Assembly (NCBI GenBank): GCA_958295695.1
Contig: OY282363.1
Coordinates: 1,738,225 to 1,802,224, forward strand
Direction of reading: 5' to 3'
Origin: an uncultured Alphaproteobacteria bacterium
GTDB lineage: Bacteria > Pseudomonadota > Alphaproteobacteria > SP197
DNA length: 64,000 bases
Below are positions 7,198-15,512 of this stretch, one piece after another (the first letter of the stretch is position 1; each line of letters begins with the position of its first letter). The position numbers and the translations under genes are program-made. Below the pieces are notes generated by a model. That model searched no databases. It saw only the letters and a program-made list of their open reading frames with translations, and was not told the DNA's origin.

Positions 7198-8358
7198 ATG
7201 AATCCGACCGAGATGTACGGCCCGCTCCCGGGCGGGTTGCACGACGATCCGCGCCGATCCTACACGATGGCCTCGCGCTACTACACCGACCCCGCGGTTC
7301 TCGACGCGGAGATGGACAGGATCTTCGCGCGTTCGTGGCTCTTCGTGGGTCACGAAAGCCGGATCGCCGAACCGGGAAGCTACAGGACGGTCACGGTCGC
7401 CGACGAGAGCCTGGCGCTGGTCCGCGGCCGCGACGGCGAGCTCCGCTGCTTCTACAACGTGTGCCAGCATCGCGCGCACCGCATCCTGACCGGCGAGGGC
7501 GCGCTCAAGCTCACCATGGTGTGCCCCTACCACGGCTGGGCCTACAACCTGGACGGCACACTGAGGACGGCGCGCGGGTGCGAGAACGTCGAGAACTTCG
7601 ACAAGAGCGAATTCGGCCTCGAGCAGGTGCGTGTGGAAACCATGCTGGGTCTGATCTTCGTCAACCTCGACCCCGGCGCGCGGCCGTTCCGCGAACAATA
7701 TGCCGGACTGGAGGAGGACATCCTGCGCTGGATGCCGCGCGCCGACGGGCTCGGCTTCGCCCGCGCGCGGGATTTCACGATCGAGGCCAACTGGAAGGTC
7801 GTGATCGACAACTTCCAGGAATGCTACCACTGCGAGCCGGCGCATCCGGCCTTCGTCGATATGGTGGCGATGCCGACCTACCGCAACAGGACGCACCGGT
7901 TCTGGTCGGCCCAGACCTCGGACAAGCCGAGTTCCAGGAACAGTTCCGCCTACGCCTTCGAGACCGGTGACGTGGATTTCGGCTATGCGGGCTACTTCGT
8001 CTGGCCGAACCTGACGATCTGGCTGATGCCGGGCGAGCCGAACCTCATGACCCTGCAGATGCTGCCGGACGGTCCGGAACGTTGCGTCGAACACCTGCAT
8101 TGGCATTCGCTGGGCGGCGAACTGACCGGGCAGGCCGTGTCCGCCATCGACTATGTCGTCGATGTTCTGCAACCCGAGGACATCTCGATTTGCGAAAGCG
8201 TCCACCTGGGCCTGAAGTCGCGCGGCTACGACCGGGGCCGCTTCATCGTCGACCGCGACCGGAGCCACATCAGCGAGCACGGCGTCCACCACTTCCACAT
8301 GCTGGTGATGCAGGCGCTGGAGGGCGGACCGTCCCCGGCGACACAGGCCGCGGAGTAG
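7198..8358 (+). CDS. Rieske [2Fe-2S] aromatic-ring-hydroxylating oxygenase alpha subunit family protein
   Basis: An internal ATG at 7198 in ORF 6730..8358 is preceded by GGAGG. The Rieske motif is CQHRAH..17..CPYHGW. The mononuclear-iron region is NFQECYHCEPAHP. No reductase partner lies in the window. Confidence 0.85.
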   Translation: MNPTEMYGPLPGGLHDDPRRSYTMASRYYTDPAVLDAEMDRIFARSWLFVGHESRIAEPGSYRTVTVADESLALVRGRDGELRCFYNVCQHRAHRILTGEGALKLTMVCPYHGWAYNLDGTLRTARGCENVENFDKSEFGLEQVRVETMLGLIFVNLDPGARPFREQYAGLEEDILRWMPRADGLGFARARDFTIEANWKVVIDNFQECYHCEPAHPAFVDMVAMPTYRNRTHRFWSAQTSDKPSSRNSSAYAFETGDVDFGYAGYFVWPNLTIWLMPGEPNLMTLQMLPDGPERCVEHLHWHSLGGELTGQAVSAIDYVVDVLQPEDISICESVHLGLKSRGYDRGRFIVDRDRSHISEHGVHHFHMLVMQALEGGPSPATQAAE

Positions 8359-8397
8359 GGGACGCGGGCGGTCCGTCCCGTCCCGGAGGATGGAGGC

Positions 8398-9006
8398 ATG
8401 ACCGCGACCGCCGACTTCTACTACTCCCCGGGAAGCCGCTACTCGTATCTGGCGGCGACCCGGATCGCCCGCATCGAGCGCGGCGCCGGCGCCGTCTTCA
8501 ACTGGTTGCCGCTCCAGAGCAGCCGGCTGATCGGACGCGGCGGCAAGGACCCGTTCGCCGGCGAACCCCTGTCGGGCCAGTACGACTGGGACTTCCGGCG
8601 CCGGGACGCGGAGGCTTGGGCGGCCTACTACGGGGTCCCGTTCCGCGAGAGCCACGGCCGGCTTTCCTTCGACGAGGAGCTGATCGCCCGCGCGGCGCTG
8701 GCGGCCAGGAAGCAGGACGCCGTGGTCGCCATGAGCCTCCGCCTCTTCGCGATGGTTTACGAGGACGACCGGACCGCGTTGGACGCCGACGACTACATCG
8801 CTGCGGCGGAGGCCCTCGGGCTGGATGGGGCGCGCTACGCCCGGGATCTCATGAGCCGGGAGCTCGGGGGCGAGAACACGGCGTCGATCGGGGAGGCCGC
8901 CCGCCGCGGCGCGTTCGGCGTGCCGACCTTCTTCGTGGGCGAACGCATGTTCTGGGGCAACGACCGGCTGCCGCTCGTCGAGGCGGCGTTGCGGGGAGAT
9001 ATTTGA
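8398..9006 (+). CDS. 2-hydroxychromene-2-carboxylate isomerase / DsbA-like thioredoxin-fold protein
   Basis: The 202-aa product has DFYYSPGSRYSYLA at the N-terminus and GAFGVPTFFVGERMFWGNDRL near the C-terminus, which is typical of the HCCA-isomerase family. Confidence 0.8.
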   Translation: MTATADFYYSPGSRYSYLAATRIARIERGAGAVFNWLPLQSSRLIGRGGKDPFAGEPLSGQYDWDFRRRDAEAWAAYYGVPFRESHGRLSFDEELIARAALAARKQDAVVAMSLRLFAMVYEDDRTALDADDYIAAAEALGLDGARYARDLMSRELGGENTASIGEAARRGAFGVPTFFVGERMFWGNDRLPLVEAALRGDI

Positions 9007-9009
9007 AAG

Positions 9010-9056
9010 GGACCGCGCCCGCAGGGGGTGGGAGCCGCTCGGCGGGCGCGCGGTCC
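9010..9056. terminator. GC-rich hairpin between the convergent isomerase-like and dps genes (candidate bidirectional terminator)
   Basis: GGACCGCGCCCGC (9010-9022) pairs with GCGGGCGCG-CG-GGTCC (9042-9056) with a 2-nt bulge. It sits between the stops at 9006 (+) and 9065 (-). There is no clear U-run. Confidence 0.4.
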
Positions 9057-9064
9057 GCGGCCGG

Positions 9065-9535
9065 TCAGCCGATCGAGGCGTTCAGCATCCAGGCCGTCTT
9101 GTCGTGCTCGGTCATGCGGCCGATCATCATGTCGGCGGTGACCTCGTCACCGGCCTCTTGCGCGGCTTCCATCGCGGCCTTGGCCGAAAGGGCGAGCCGG
9201 GCGTGGTCGCGGGCGAGATTCCCGAGCATGACGTCGGCGTCCTCGGCGCCGTCGTCCTCGTCGAGGCTGGAGAGCTCCGCGAAGGCGGCATAGCTCCCGG
9301 GCGCCCGGCGACCGATGGCGCGGATGCGCTCCGCGACCTCGTCGGCGGCGAGGAACAGCGCGTTGTACTGCTCGCCGAACATGGCGTGGAGGCTGTGGAA
9401 GCGCGGCCCGGTGACGTTCCAGTGGTAACCCTGTGTCTTGAGCATCAGGAGGTAGGTTTCGGCGAGCACGGCGCCGAGCTTGGAGGCCACCGCGCCGCAG
9501 CTGTTGGCGGATGTCGTCCGGGTTCCCTGGGGCAA
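9065..9535 (-). CDS. dps: Dps family DNA-protecting ferritin-like protein
   Basis: The 156-aa product carries YLLMLKTQGYHWNVTGPRFHSLHAMFGEQY and DEVAERIRAIG (Dps ferroxidase-site pattern). The TTG start at 9535 is preceded by GGAGAAGAG. Confidence 0.9.
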   Translation of the reverse strand: MPQGTRTTSANSCGAVASKLGAVLAETYLLMLKTQGYHWNVTGPRFHSLHAMFGEQYNALFLAADEVAERIRAIGRRAPGSYAAFAELSSLDEDDGAEDADVMLGNLARDHARLALSAKAAMEAAQEAGDEVTADMMIGRMTEHDKTAWMLNASIG

Positions 9536-9542
9536 GGCTCTT

Positions 9543-9586
9543 CTCCGTTTCCTAGATTAGAATAATTCCAAATATAAGAAACGGAG
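9543..9586. repeat. perfect 9-bp inverted repeat (CTCCGTTTC / GAAACGGAG) enclosing a 26-nt AT-rich loop, immediately upstream of dps
   Basis: Read directly: 9543-9551 and 9578-9586 are reverse complements. On the minus strand the 3' arm GAAACGGAG contains the dps ribosome-binding GGAG. Confidence 0.7.
9556..9572. promoter_or_regulatory. Irr/ICE-like operator (ATTAGAA-TAA-TTCCAAA) in the dps upstream region
   Basis: It matches the remembered alphaproteobacterial iron-control-element consensus TTTAGAA-N3-TTCTAAA at 12 of 14 half-site positions. The centre lies ~30 nt upstream of the dps start. Confidence 0.4.
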
Positions 9587-9642
9587 CCGGCGTTTTCAAG
9601 GATCGAGCGCCGGTTTCGCACATTGCCGCGGCGGCCGGGGAG

Positions 9643-10767
9643 CTACGAGGCGCTGTCGCGGGTCTCGCGGAGGCTCCTTCCCAGCCGCGCGCAGCCCTCC
9701 TCGATCTCGTCGAGGCCGGGAAAGCCGAAGGCCAGGCGGATGAAGGGTCCGGCGTCGCCCCGGACGTGAAAATCCGAGCCGTGGGCGACATCGACGCCGT
9801 TGCGGTTGCCTACGGCCCGGAACGCGCCGGGATCGACATCGTCCGGCAGCCGCACCCAGACGAAAAGGCCGCCGGGGGGATTCGTCACCGCGCACTCGTT
9901 TCCCAGGTGCCGGCGCAAGCCGTCGACCATGGCGTCCCGCTTGGCCCTGAGCGCGACATTCGCCATCTCGACGTGCTCCCAGAGGCGGTCGCGCAGGTAT
10001 TCGTGCGTGACGGCCGAGGCCAACGTGTTCGGGCCGGCGTCCATGCGCTTGGCGACGATCCGCTCCAGCATCGGCGGACGGGCGACCAGATAGCCCAGGC
10101 GGACGCCCGGAGCGAAAATCTTGGAGAGGGAGCACAGGTAGATCTGGCGCGGGTCGTCGTCGAGGGCATAGAGGGCCGGCGGCTTGTCGCCATCGTAATG
10201 CACGTCGCCGTAGCAGTTGTCCTCCACGATCGGGATGTCGTGCTCGCGCGCGAGCTCGATCATGCGCAGGCGGCGGTCGGTGGGCAGCACCGCGCCCGTC
10301 GGGTTCTGGTAGGTCGCCAGCGTGTAGATGAAGCGCGGTTTGCGTCCGTCGTCGGCGAGACGGTTCAGCGTGTCGGCCAGCGCGTCCATCCGCATGCCGC
10401 GTTCGTCGAGCGGCACGCCGACCATCTCGATCCCCGACTCCCGGTACGCCCGGATCGTGCCGACGTAGCAGTACTCCTCCATCACCACGATATCGTCGCG
10501 GCCGTCGCGGAGGGCGTCGGTGGCGAGCATGATGGCCTGCATCGATCCGTTGGTGACAAGCATGTGGCCGGGATCGACCGCGACGCCCTCCCGGTCGAAC
10601 TCGCGCCGGGCCATCAGCATGCGAAGGCCCTCGTGGCCCAGATCGCCCGGATAGGTGTTGAGCCCGACGGTCAGGTCCGAGACGGCGCGCCGGGCCGCTT
10701 CGGCGAAGGCTTCGGTGGGAAAGGTCCCGGGGTTCGTGTTGCCCGTGGCGAAACCGATCGCGTCCAT
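9643..10767 (-). CDS. PLP-dependent aminotransferase (class I/II fold, 2-aminoadipate/AspC-like)
   Basis: An internal ATG at 10767 (MDAIGFATGN) starts the C-terminal 374 codons of ORF 9643..11220. Motifs include YQNPTGAVL and the PLP-lysine motif SLSKIFAPGVRLGY. Confidence 0.8.
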   Translation of the reverse strand: MDAIGFATGNTNPGTFPTEAFAEAARRAVSDLTVGLNTYPGDLGHEGLRMLMARREFDREGVAVDPGHMLVTNGSMQAIMLATDALRDGRDDIVVMEEYCYVGTIRAYRESGIEMVGVPLDERGMRMDALADTLNRLADDGRKPRFIYTLATYQNPTGAVLPTDRRLRMIELAREHDIPIVEDNCYGDVHYDGDKPPALYALDDDPRQIYLCSLSKIFAPGVRLGYLVARPPMLERIVAKRMDAGPNTLASAVTHEYLRDRLWEHVEMANVALRAKRDAMVDGLRRHLGNECAVTNPPGGLFVWVRLPDDVDPGAFRAVGNRNGVDVAHGSDFHVRGDAGPFIRLAFGFPGLDEIEEGCARLGRSLRETRDSAS

Positions 10768-10778
10768 GGGCCGAACCT

Positions 10779-11513
10779 CTATTCGGCGGCGCCACGGACC
10801 GCGTCCAGAGCCGGCGAGGGGCCGAGCCAGCGGTCGATGAAACGGGGCACCCAGACGTCGACCAGACGGTCGTATTTCTCGGCGTTCGCGAGCTGCTCGT
10901 CGGGCTGCTGGGCGCCGCGTTCCTCCAGCAGGTGGGACGCCTCGGTCGTCCAGAACCTGATGATGTCGAGCGTGCATTCGGGGTGGAACTGCACTCCGTA
11001 GACGCTGCCGTCGGTCCGGTACATCTGGTGCGGGAAGAGGCCTGAGACGCCGCGGGCCAGAAGCTCGCAGCCCGCGGGAAGGTCGAAGCCCTCGCTGTGC
11101 CACTGGTAGAAATGGCGCGTGTCGCCCAGGAGATCGTCGCCGGCGCCGGTCGGCGCGATCTCGGTGAACCCGATCTCGTGCCAGCCGTCGTCGTGGGGCT
11201 TCACGGCGGCGCCGAGGCAACGCGCCAGCATCTGCGCGCCGAGGCAGACGCCGAGGAACGGCGTGCCGGCCTCGAGCACCCGGTCGATCCAGGCCAGTTC
11301 CCCGGCGATGAAATCGAGCGTCGAATCGTCGTTGGCGCTCATCGGCCCGCCGAACACGACGGCGCCGGCGACCTCGTCGAAGCTCTCGGGCAGGACGTCG
11401 CCTTCCTTCGCGCAGCAGCGGATCTCCTCGAATCCGCTGTCGCGGATGCCGCGACCGATGCGGCCGGTGTTCGATTCCGCGCCGTGAACGACGCAGATGA
11501 CCTTGTTTTTCAT
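10779..11513 (-). CDS. class I (type 1) glutamine amidotransferase-like protein
   Basis: An internal ATG at 11513 (MKNKVICVVHG) starts the C-terminal 244 codons of ORF 10779..13622. The nucleophile elbow is PFLGVCLGAQMLA and a late GVQFHPE motif is present. Confidence 0.8.
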   Translation of the reverse strand: MKNKVICVVHGAESNTGRIGRGIRDSGFEEIRCCAKEGDVLPESFDEVAGAVVFGGPMSANDDSTLDFIAGELAWIDRVLEAGTPFLGVCLGAQMLARCLGAAVKPHDDGWHEIGFTEIAPTGAGDDLLGDTRHFYQWHSEGFDLPAGCELLARGVSGLFPHQMYRTDGSVYGVQFHPECTLDIIRFWTTEASHLLEERGAQQPDEQLANAEKYDRLVDVWVPRFIDRWLGPSPALDAVRGAAE

Positions 11514-11566
11514 GGCCGCGGAGTGTCGCGATCCGCGGCCCGCCGTCAACCGGCTGTCCCGTGGAT

Positions 11567-12796
11567 TCAGGCGGTCGCCGCGGGGCTCTCGGCTTCGAGC
11601 TGGCGGACCTCGAAGCCCGCGGCCGAAAGCTTGCCCATGATGTCGGCGATGTGGTCCCGGCCGAGCGTCTCCAGCACGACGTCGAGGTCGGCCTGCTTGA
11701 CGGGCAGGCTCGAGAAGGCGCGTTGGTGAAAGACGTCGATGATGTTCGCGTCGCAGCCTCCGATGATGCCGGCGATCCTGGCCAGCGTGCCCGGCGCGTC
11801 GGGAATCTCGATGCGGAGCCGAACCATGCGTCCGTCGCGCACCAGCCCGTGCTCGATCACCGCCGAGAGGATGCGGCTGTCGATGTTGCCGCCCGAAAGC
11901 ACCAGGCCGACCTTCTTGCCGGCGAACCGGTCGGAGTGGGCCAGCAGGGCCGCCAGGGAGGCCGCGCCGCCGCCTTCCGAGACGGTCTTCTCGATTTCCA
12001 GATAGGTCTGCACCGCACGTTCGAGCTGGTTCTCGGTCACGAGGACGATGTCGGAGACGAGTTCCCTGACGATCGGAATGGCGGCCTTGCCGGGCGTCTT
12101 CACGGCGATGCCGTCGGCGATGGTGCGCCCGCCCGCCTTCACGTCGAGCCCCTGGAGCGCCTGGCGCATCGACGGGAACATGGCGGCCTCCACGCCGACC
12201 ATTTCGATGTCGGGGCGCATCGCCTTGGCCGCGGTGGCGATGCCGCCGATCAGTCCGCCGCCCCCGATCGGCGCGACGATGACATCGAGGTCGGGCGCGC
12301 ATTCGAGCATCTCCAACCCGACCGTGCCCTGCCCGGCCATGACTTTCTCGTCGTCGTAGGGATGCACGAACGTCAGGTTCTCGTCGGCCGCGACCTTCCG
12401 GGCGGCGACGGCGGCCTCGTCGATCGTCTCGCCCGAAAGCACGACGCGGGCGCCGAAGCGCCGGGTGTTCTTGACCTTCACCGCCGGCGCGCCCTCGGGC
12501 ATCACGATGGTCGAGGGAATGCCGAGCCGCTGGGCGTGGTAGGCCACGGCCTGGGCGTGGTTGCCGGCCGACATGGCGATCACGCCGCGCGCCCGTTCCT
12601 CCTCGGAGAGCGACGACATCTTGACCAGGGAGCCCCGGTCCTTGAACGAGGCCGTGAACTGCTGGTTCTCGAACTTCACGTGGACCTGGGCGCCGCTGAT
12701 CTCCGAGAGCGTGCGCGACAGCGTGCAGGGCGTCCTGACGATCTGGCCCTCGAGAAGCCGGGCGGCGTCCCGGATGTCGGCGAGCGTCACGGCCAT
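11567..12796 (-). CDS. ilvA: threonine ammonia-lyase (threonine dehydratase) with C-terminal ACT-like regulatory domain
   Basis: The 409-aa product carries KFENQQFTASFKDRG (PLP lysine), MSAGNHAQAVAY and PIGGGGLIGG, with an ACT-like tail (RLRIEIPDAPGTLARI). Confidence 0.85.
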   Translation of the reverse strand: MAVTLADIRDAARLLEGQIVRTPCTLSRTLSEISGAQVHVKFENQQFTASFKDRGSLVKMSSLSEEERARGVIAMSAGNHAQAVAYHAQRLGIPSTIVMPEGAPAVKVKNTRRFGARVVLSGETIDEAAVAARKVAADENLTFVHPYDDEKVMAGQGTVGLEMLECAPDLDVIVAPIGGGGLIGGIATAAKAMRPDIEMVGVEAAMFPSMRQALQGLDVKAGGRTIADGIAVKTPGKAAIPIVRELVSDIVLVTENQLERAVQTYLEIEKTVSEGGGAASLAALLAHSDRFAGKKVGLVLSGGNIDSRILSAVIEHGLVRDGRMVRLRIEIPDAPGTLARIAGIIGGCDANIIDVFHQRAFSSLPVKQADLDVVLETLGRDHIADIMGKLSAAGFEVRQLEAESPAATA

Positions 12797-12886
12797 GACC
12801 GGGCTCCTTGCGAATCGGGCGCGGAGCGTGCCGAAAGCGGGACGCCCATGCGTGCCCGGATGCGACCCGCCGGGGTCGCGGAGAAA

Positions 12887-14506
12887 TCAGGACCTCGCGC
12901 CGGCCAGGGCCTCGGGCGTGTCGATATCGACGAGAACGGAATCGTCCGCCATCTCGACTTCGGCGACGAGGTCCTCGTTCTCGCCGATGAGGTGGCGGGC
13001 GCCGGTGTCGCCCGTGACGGCGGCCATGGCCTCGAAGAACCGTCGGTCCCAGAGAACGGGATTGCCGCGCTTCCCGTCGTGGGTCGGGACCACGATGGCG
13101 CGGCCCTCGACGGGATCGTAGGCGGCGACGAGCCGGGCGATGGCGTCCGCCGCGACCCCGGGCATGTCGCCCAGCGCCACGATGACCGCGTCGATATCGG
13201 CCGGCAGGGCGGCCAGCCCCGTTCGCAAGGACGTGCCGAGGCCGGCGGCGAAGTCCTCGTTGCGGACGACCGTCAGGTCGCGGCCCTCCAGGGCCGCCTC
13301 GACGGCTTCGGCCTCGTGACCGGTCACCGCGGTCACCGTCGCGATCCCGGCCTCGATCAGGGCGTCGACGGTGTGGCGCACCATGGGTCTGCCGCCGATC
13401 TCGACGAGGAGCTTGTTGCGCGATCCCATGCGGCGGCTCTGTCCGGCCGCCAGGACGATCGCGGCGATGCGGGGAGGGCGGCGAGCCCGGTCCCCGGCGT
13501 CCTCGGGCGCGGCGCGCGGCCTCGGCCGCAGCGGGATTTCCTTGAGCAGGCCGCCGACCCCCATGGCCGCGATGTCGCGGCCGGTGACGCGCAGGCCCGC
13601 GGCGATACGCCGCAGGACCCAATCGAAACCGTTGAGCTTGGGCGAGCGGGCGCAGCCGGGAAGGCCGACGATCGTGGTCGTCCCCAGATGTCCCAGCAGC
13701 AGCAGGTTGCCGGGATCGACCGGCATCCCGAGGCGATCGACCGAACCGCCGGCCCGTTCGATGGCCGCCGGGATCACGTCGCGCCTGTCCGCGATGGCCG
13801 ATGCGCCGCAGATCAGGACCAGATCGTGGCGGGCGGTCTCCTCGGCGATCCGGTCGGCGAGGATGTCGGTCCTGTGGTCGATGCGGACCTGGCCGTCCAG
13901 CGCCAGCCCGAGGGCCGCCAGACGGTCGGCCACGACCCCGGCGGTCTTGTCCAGGACACGGTCCTTGACGGCGGCCGTCCGGGTCATGATGAGCGCCGCG
14001 CGGCGGAGCTTGAAGGGCGCGACGCCGATGACGCGGCCGGAGACGCGCGCCGCGACGAGGCAGCGGTCGAGGACGTCGCCCTGGACCGCGAAGGGGATGA
14101 TCTTGACGGTGGCGACCATCCGGCCGGCCGACACCGCCTCGAACGGGGGCAGCGTCGCCACGGTCACGGCTTCGTCCGTCCCGTTGACGGCGTCGATCGC
14201 GGCGGCGTCGATCGCCGCGATACCGGATTCGGTCGCAAGGAGGTTGGCGCGGCCCGTGAAGGGCCGCTGGACCCGGATGGACGGCCCCGCCAGCGCGTCG
14301 GCCAGCATCCGCGCGGCCTCGTCCTCGTGGATATCGCCCTCTTCCAGGCGCGCGACGGTGACCGACTCCACCCCGGCCCGCCGGAGGCCCTCGACATGCG
14401 CGGCGTCCAGACGCAGGCCCTTCTTCAGAGTTTCTCCGCCGTAGCGCGCGCCGTGGACCAGGATCGCCCCAGCGGCCTCGCCCACGGGAATGCCGCCGAA
14501 CTTCAC
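12887..14506 (-). CDS. molybdopterin-binding domain / MocA-like molybdenum-cofactor cytidylyltransferase fusion protein
   Basis: The GTG start at 14506 overlaps the upstream stop (GTGA). The middle region has a MoCF-biosynthesis pattern (LVLICGASAIADRRDVIP...GMPVDPGNLLLLG). The C-terminal NTP-transferase pattern is IVLAAGQSRRMG..NKLL...ALGDMP. Confidence 0.75.
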   Translation of the reverse strand: MKFGGIPVGEAAGAILVHGARYGGETLKKGLRLDAAHVEGLRRAGVESVTVARLEEGDIHEDEAARMLADALAGPSIRVQRPFTGRANLLATESGIAAIDAAAIDAVNGTDEAVTVATLPPFEAVSAGRMVATVKIIPFAVQGDVLDRCLVAARVSGRVIGVAPFKLRRAALIMTRTAAVKDRVLDKTAGVVADRLAALGLALDGQVRIDHRTDILADRIAEETARHDLVLICGASAIADRRDVIPAAIERAGGSVDRLGMPVDPGNLLLLGHLGTTTIVGLPGCARSPKLNGFDWVLRRIAAGLRVTGRDIAAMGVGGLLKEIPLRPRPRAAPEDAGDRARRPPRIAAIVLAAGQSRRMGSRNKLLVEIGGRPMVRHTVDALIEAGIATVTAVTGHEAEAVEAALEGRDLTVVRNEDFAAGLGTSLRTGLAALPADIDAVIVALGDMPGVAADAIARLVAAYDPVEGRAIVVPTHDGKRGNPVLWDRRFFEAMAAVTGDTGARHLIGENEDLVAEVEMADDSVLVDIDTPEALAGARS

Positions 14507-15186
14507 GCGAGCTTTCCCCGCTGCGCGGCGACGACTTCGGCCATGATGGAAAGGGCGATCTCGGCCGCCGTCTTCGCGCCGATGTCGAGGCCGACCGGAC
14601 CCTTGACGCGCGCGACCGCGCCGTCCGGGAATCCGGCCTCCTTCAACCGTTCGATACGCCGAGCATGGGTCCGCTTGCTGCCCAGCGCTCCGATGTGGAA
14701 GACGGGCGCCGAGAGCGCGAAGCGAAGCGCGGGATCGTCGATCTTGGGGTCGTGGGTCAGCGTCACCACGGCGGTCCGGCGATCGGGCCGGAGCTCGGCG
14801 AGCGCGTCGTCGGGCCAGGCGTCGAGCAGGACCGCGCCGGGAAAGCGCTCCGTATCCGCGTAGGCGCGGCGGGGGTCGATCACGGTCACCGCGTATCCGA
14901 CGGCGCGGGCGAGGGCGGCGAGCGGTTCGGCGATATGAACCGCGCCGACGACGATCAGGCGCGGGGGCGGGTTGAAGACGTGGAGGAAGAGAGGCCGGCC
15001 TCCGATCTCGACGCTTGCCGAACGGTCGGACGCGAAGGCTTCGGCCACGGCTTCGGCGATCGCCGCGCCGGGCGCTTCTCCGGGCGCGATCAGCGTTTCG
15101 TCGCCGGTATCGAGCCAAGTGGCCAGCACGACCGGACGTTTGTCGCGCCGCGCGTCGTTGAGCGCCATGAGGGTCCGGGGGTTCAT
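14503..15186 (-). CDS. XdhC/CoxI family accessory protein (Rossmann-like C-terminal type)
   Basis: An internal ATG at 15186 (MNPRTLMAL). Pattern: PRLIVVGAVHIAEPLAALA...VTVIDPR...HIGALGSKRTHARR...GPVGLDIGA. Confidence 0.8.
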   Translation of the reverse strand: MNPRTLMALNDARRDKRPVVLATWLDTGDETLIAPGEAPGAAIAEAVAEAFASDRSASVEIGGRPLFLHVFNPPPRLIVVGAVHIAEPLAALARAVGYAVTVIDPRRAYADTERFPGAVLLDAWPDDALAELRPDRRTAVVTLTHDPKIDDPALRFALSAPVFHIGALGSKRTHARRIERLKEAGFPDGAVARVKGPVGLDIGAKTAAEIALSIMAEVVAAQRGKLA

Positions 15187-15512
15187 CCGACGCGGGACAC
15201 GAAAACCCTGACGGTTCCGCCGCAGGTCAACCCGACCTCCCAGGCCCGCTCGTTGCTGACCGAAAACTCGAGGGTCCGCGCCCTGCCGTCGCCGATGGCG
15301 GCCCGCGCTTCGCCGATGACCGCGCCCTCGATGCATCCGCCGGAGACGGAGCCCCGGAACGCGCCGTCCTCGCGCACGACGAGCTGGCTGCCCACCGGAC
15401 GCGGGCTGGACCCCCAAGTGTGCGTCACCGTCGCCAGGGCGACACGGCGGCCCTCGCCGATCCAGGCCTCCGCGGTTTCGAGCGCGTCGTCGTTCAGGCC
15501 GCTTTCAGCCAC
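15183..15512 (-). CDS. XdhC/CoxI family protein, N-terminal-domain type
   Basis: A GTG start at 15512 (VAESGLNDDALETAEAW). Pattern: VALATVTHTWGSSPRPVGSQLVV..DG...GSVSGGCIEGAV. The stop overlaps the next start (ATGA). The start codon choice is uncertain. Confidence 0.7.
   Translation of the reverse strand: MAESGLNDDALETAEAWIGEGRRVALATVTHTWGSSPRPVGSQLVVREDGAFRGSVSGGCIEGAVIGEARAAIGDGRARTLEFSVSNERAWEVGLTCGGTVRVFVSRVG

Noticed and set aside
10779-14863. The long N-terminal extension of ORF 10779..13622 (947 aa) and the 1100-aa plus-strand ORF 11561..14863
   Set aside because: Only the last 244 codons of the first ORF, from the ATG at 11513, look like a protein (a glutamine amidotransferase). The remainder and the plus-strand ORF overlap ilvA and the MocA fusion gene and are arginine-rich nonsense.
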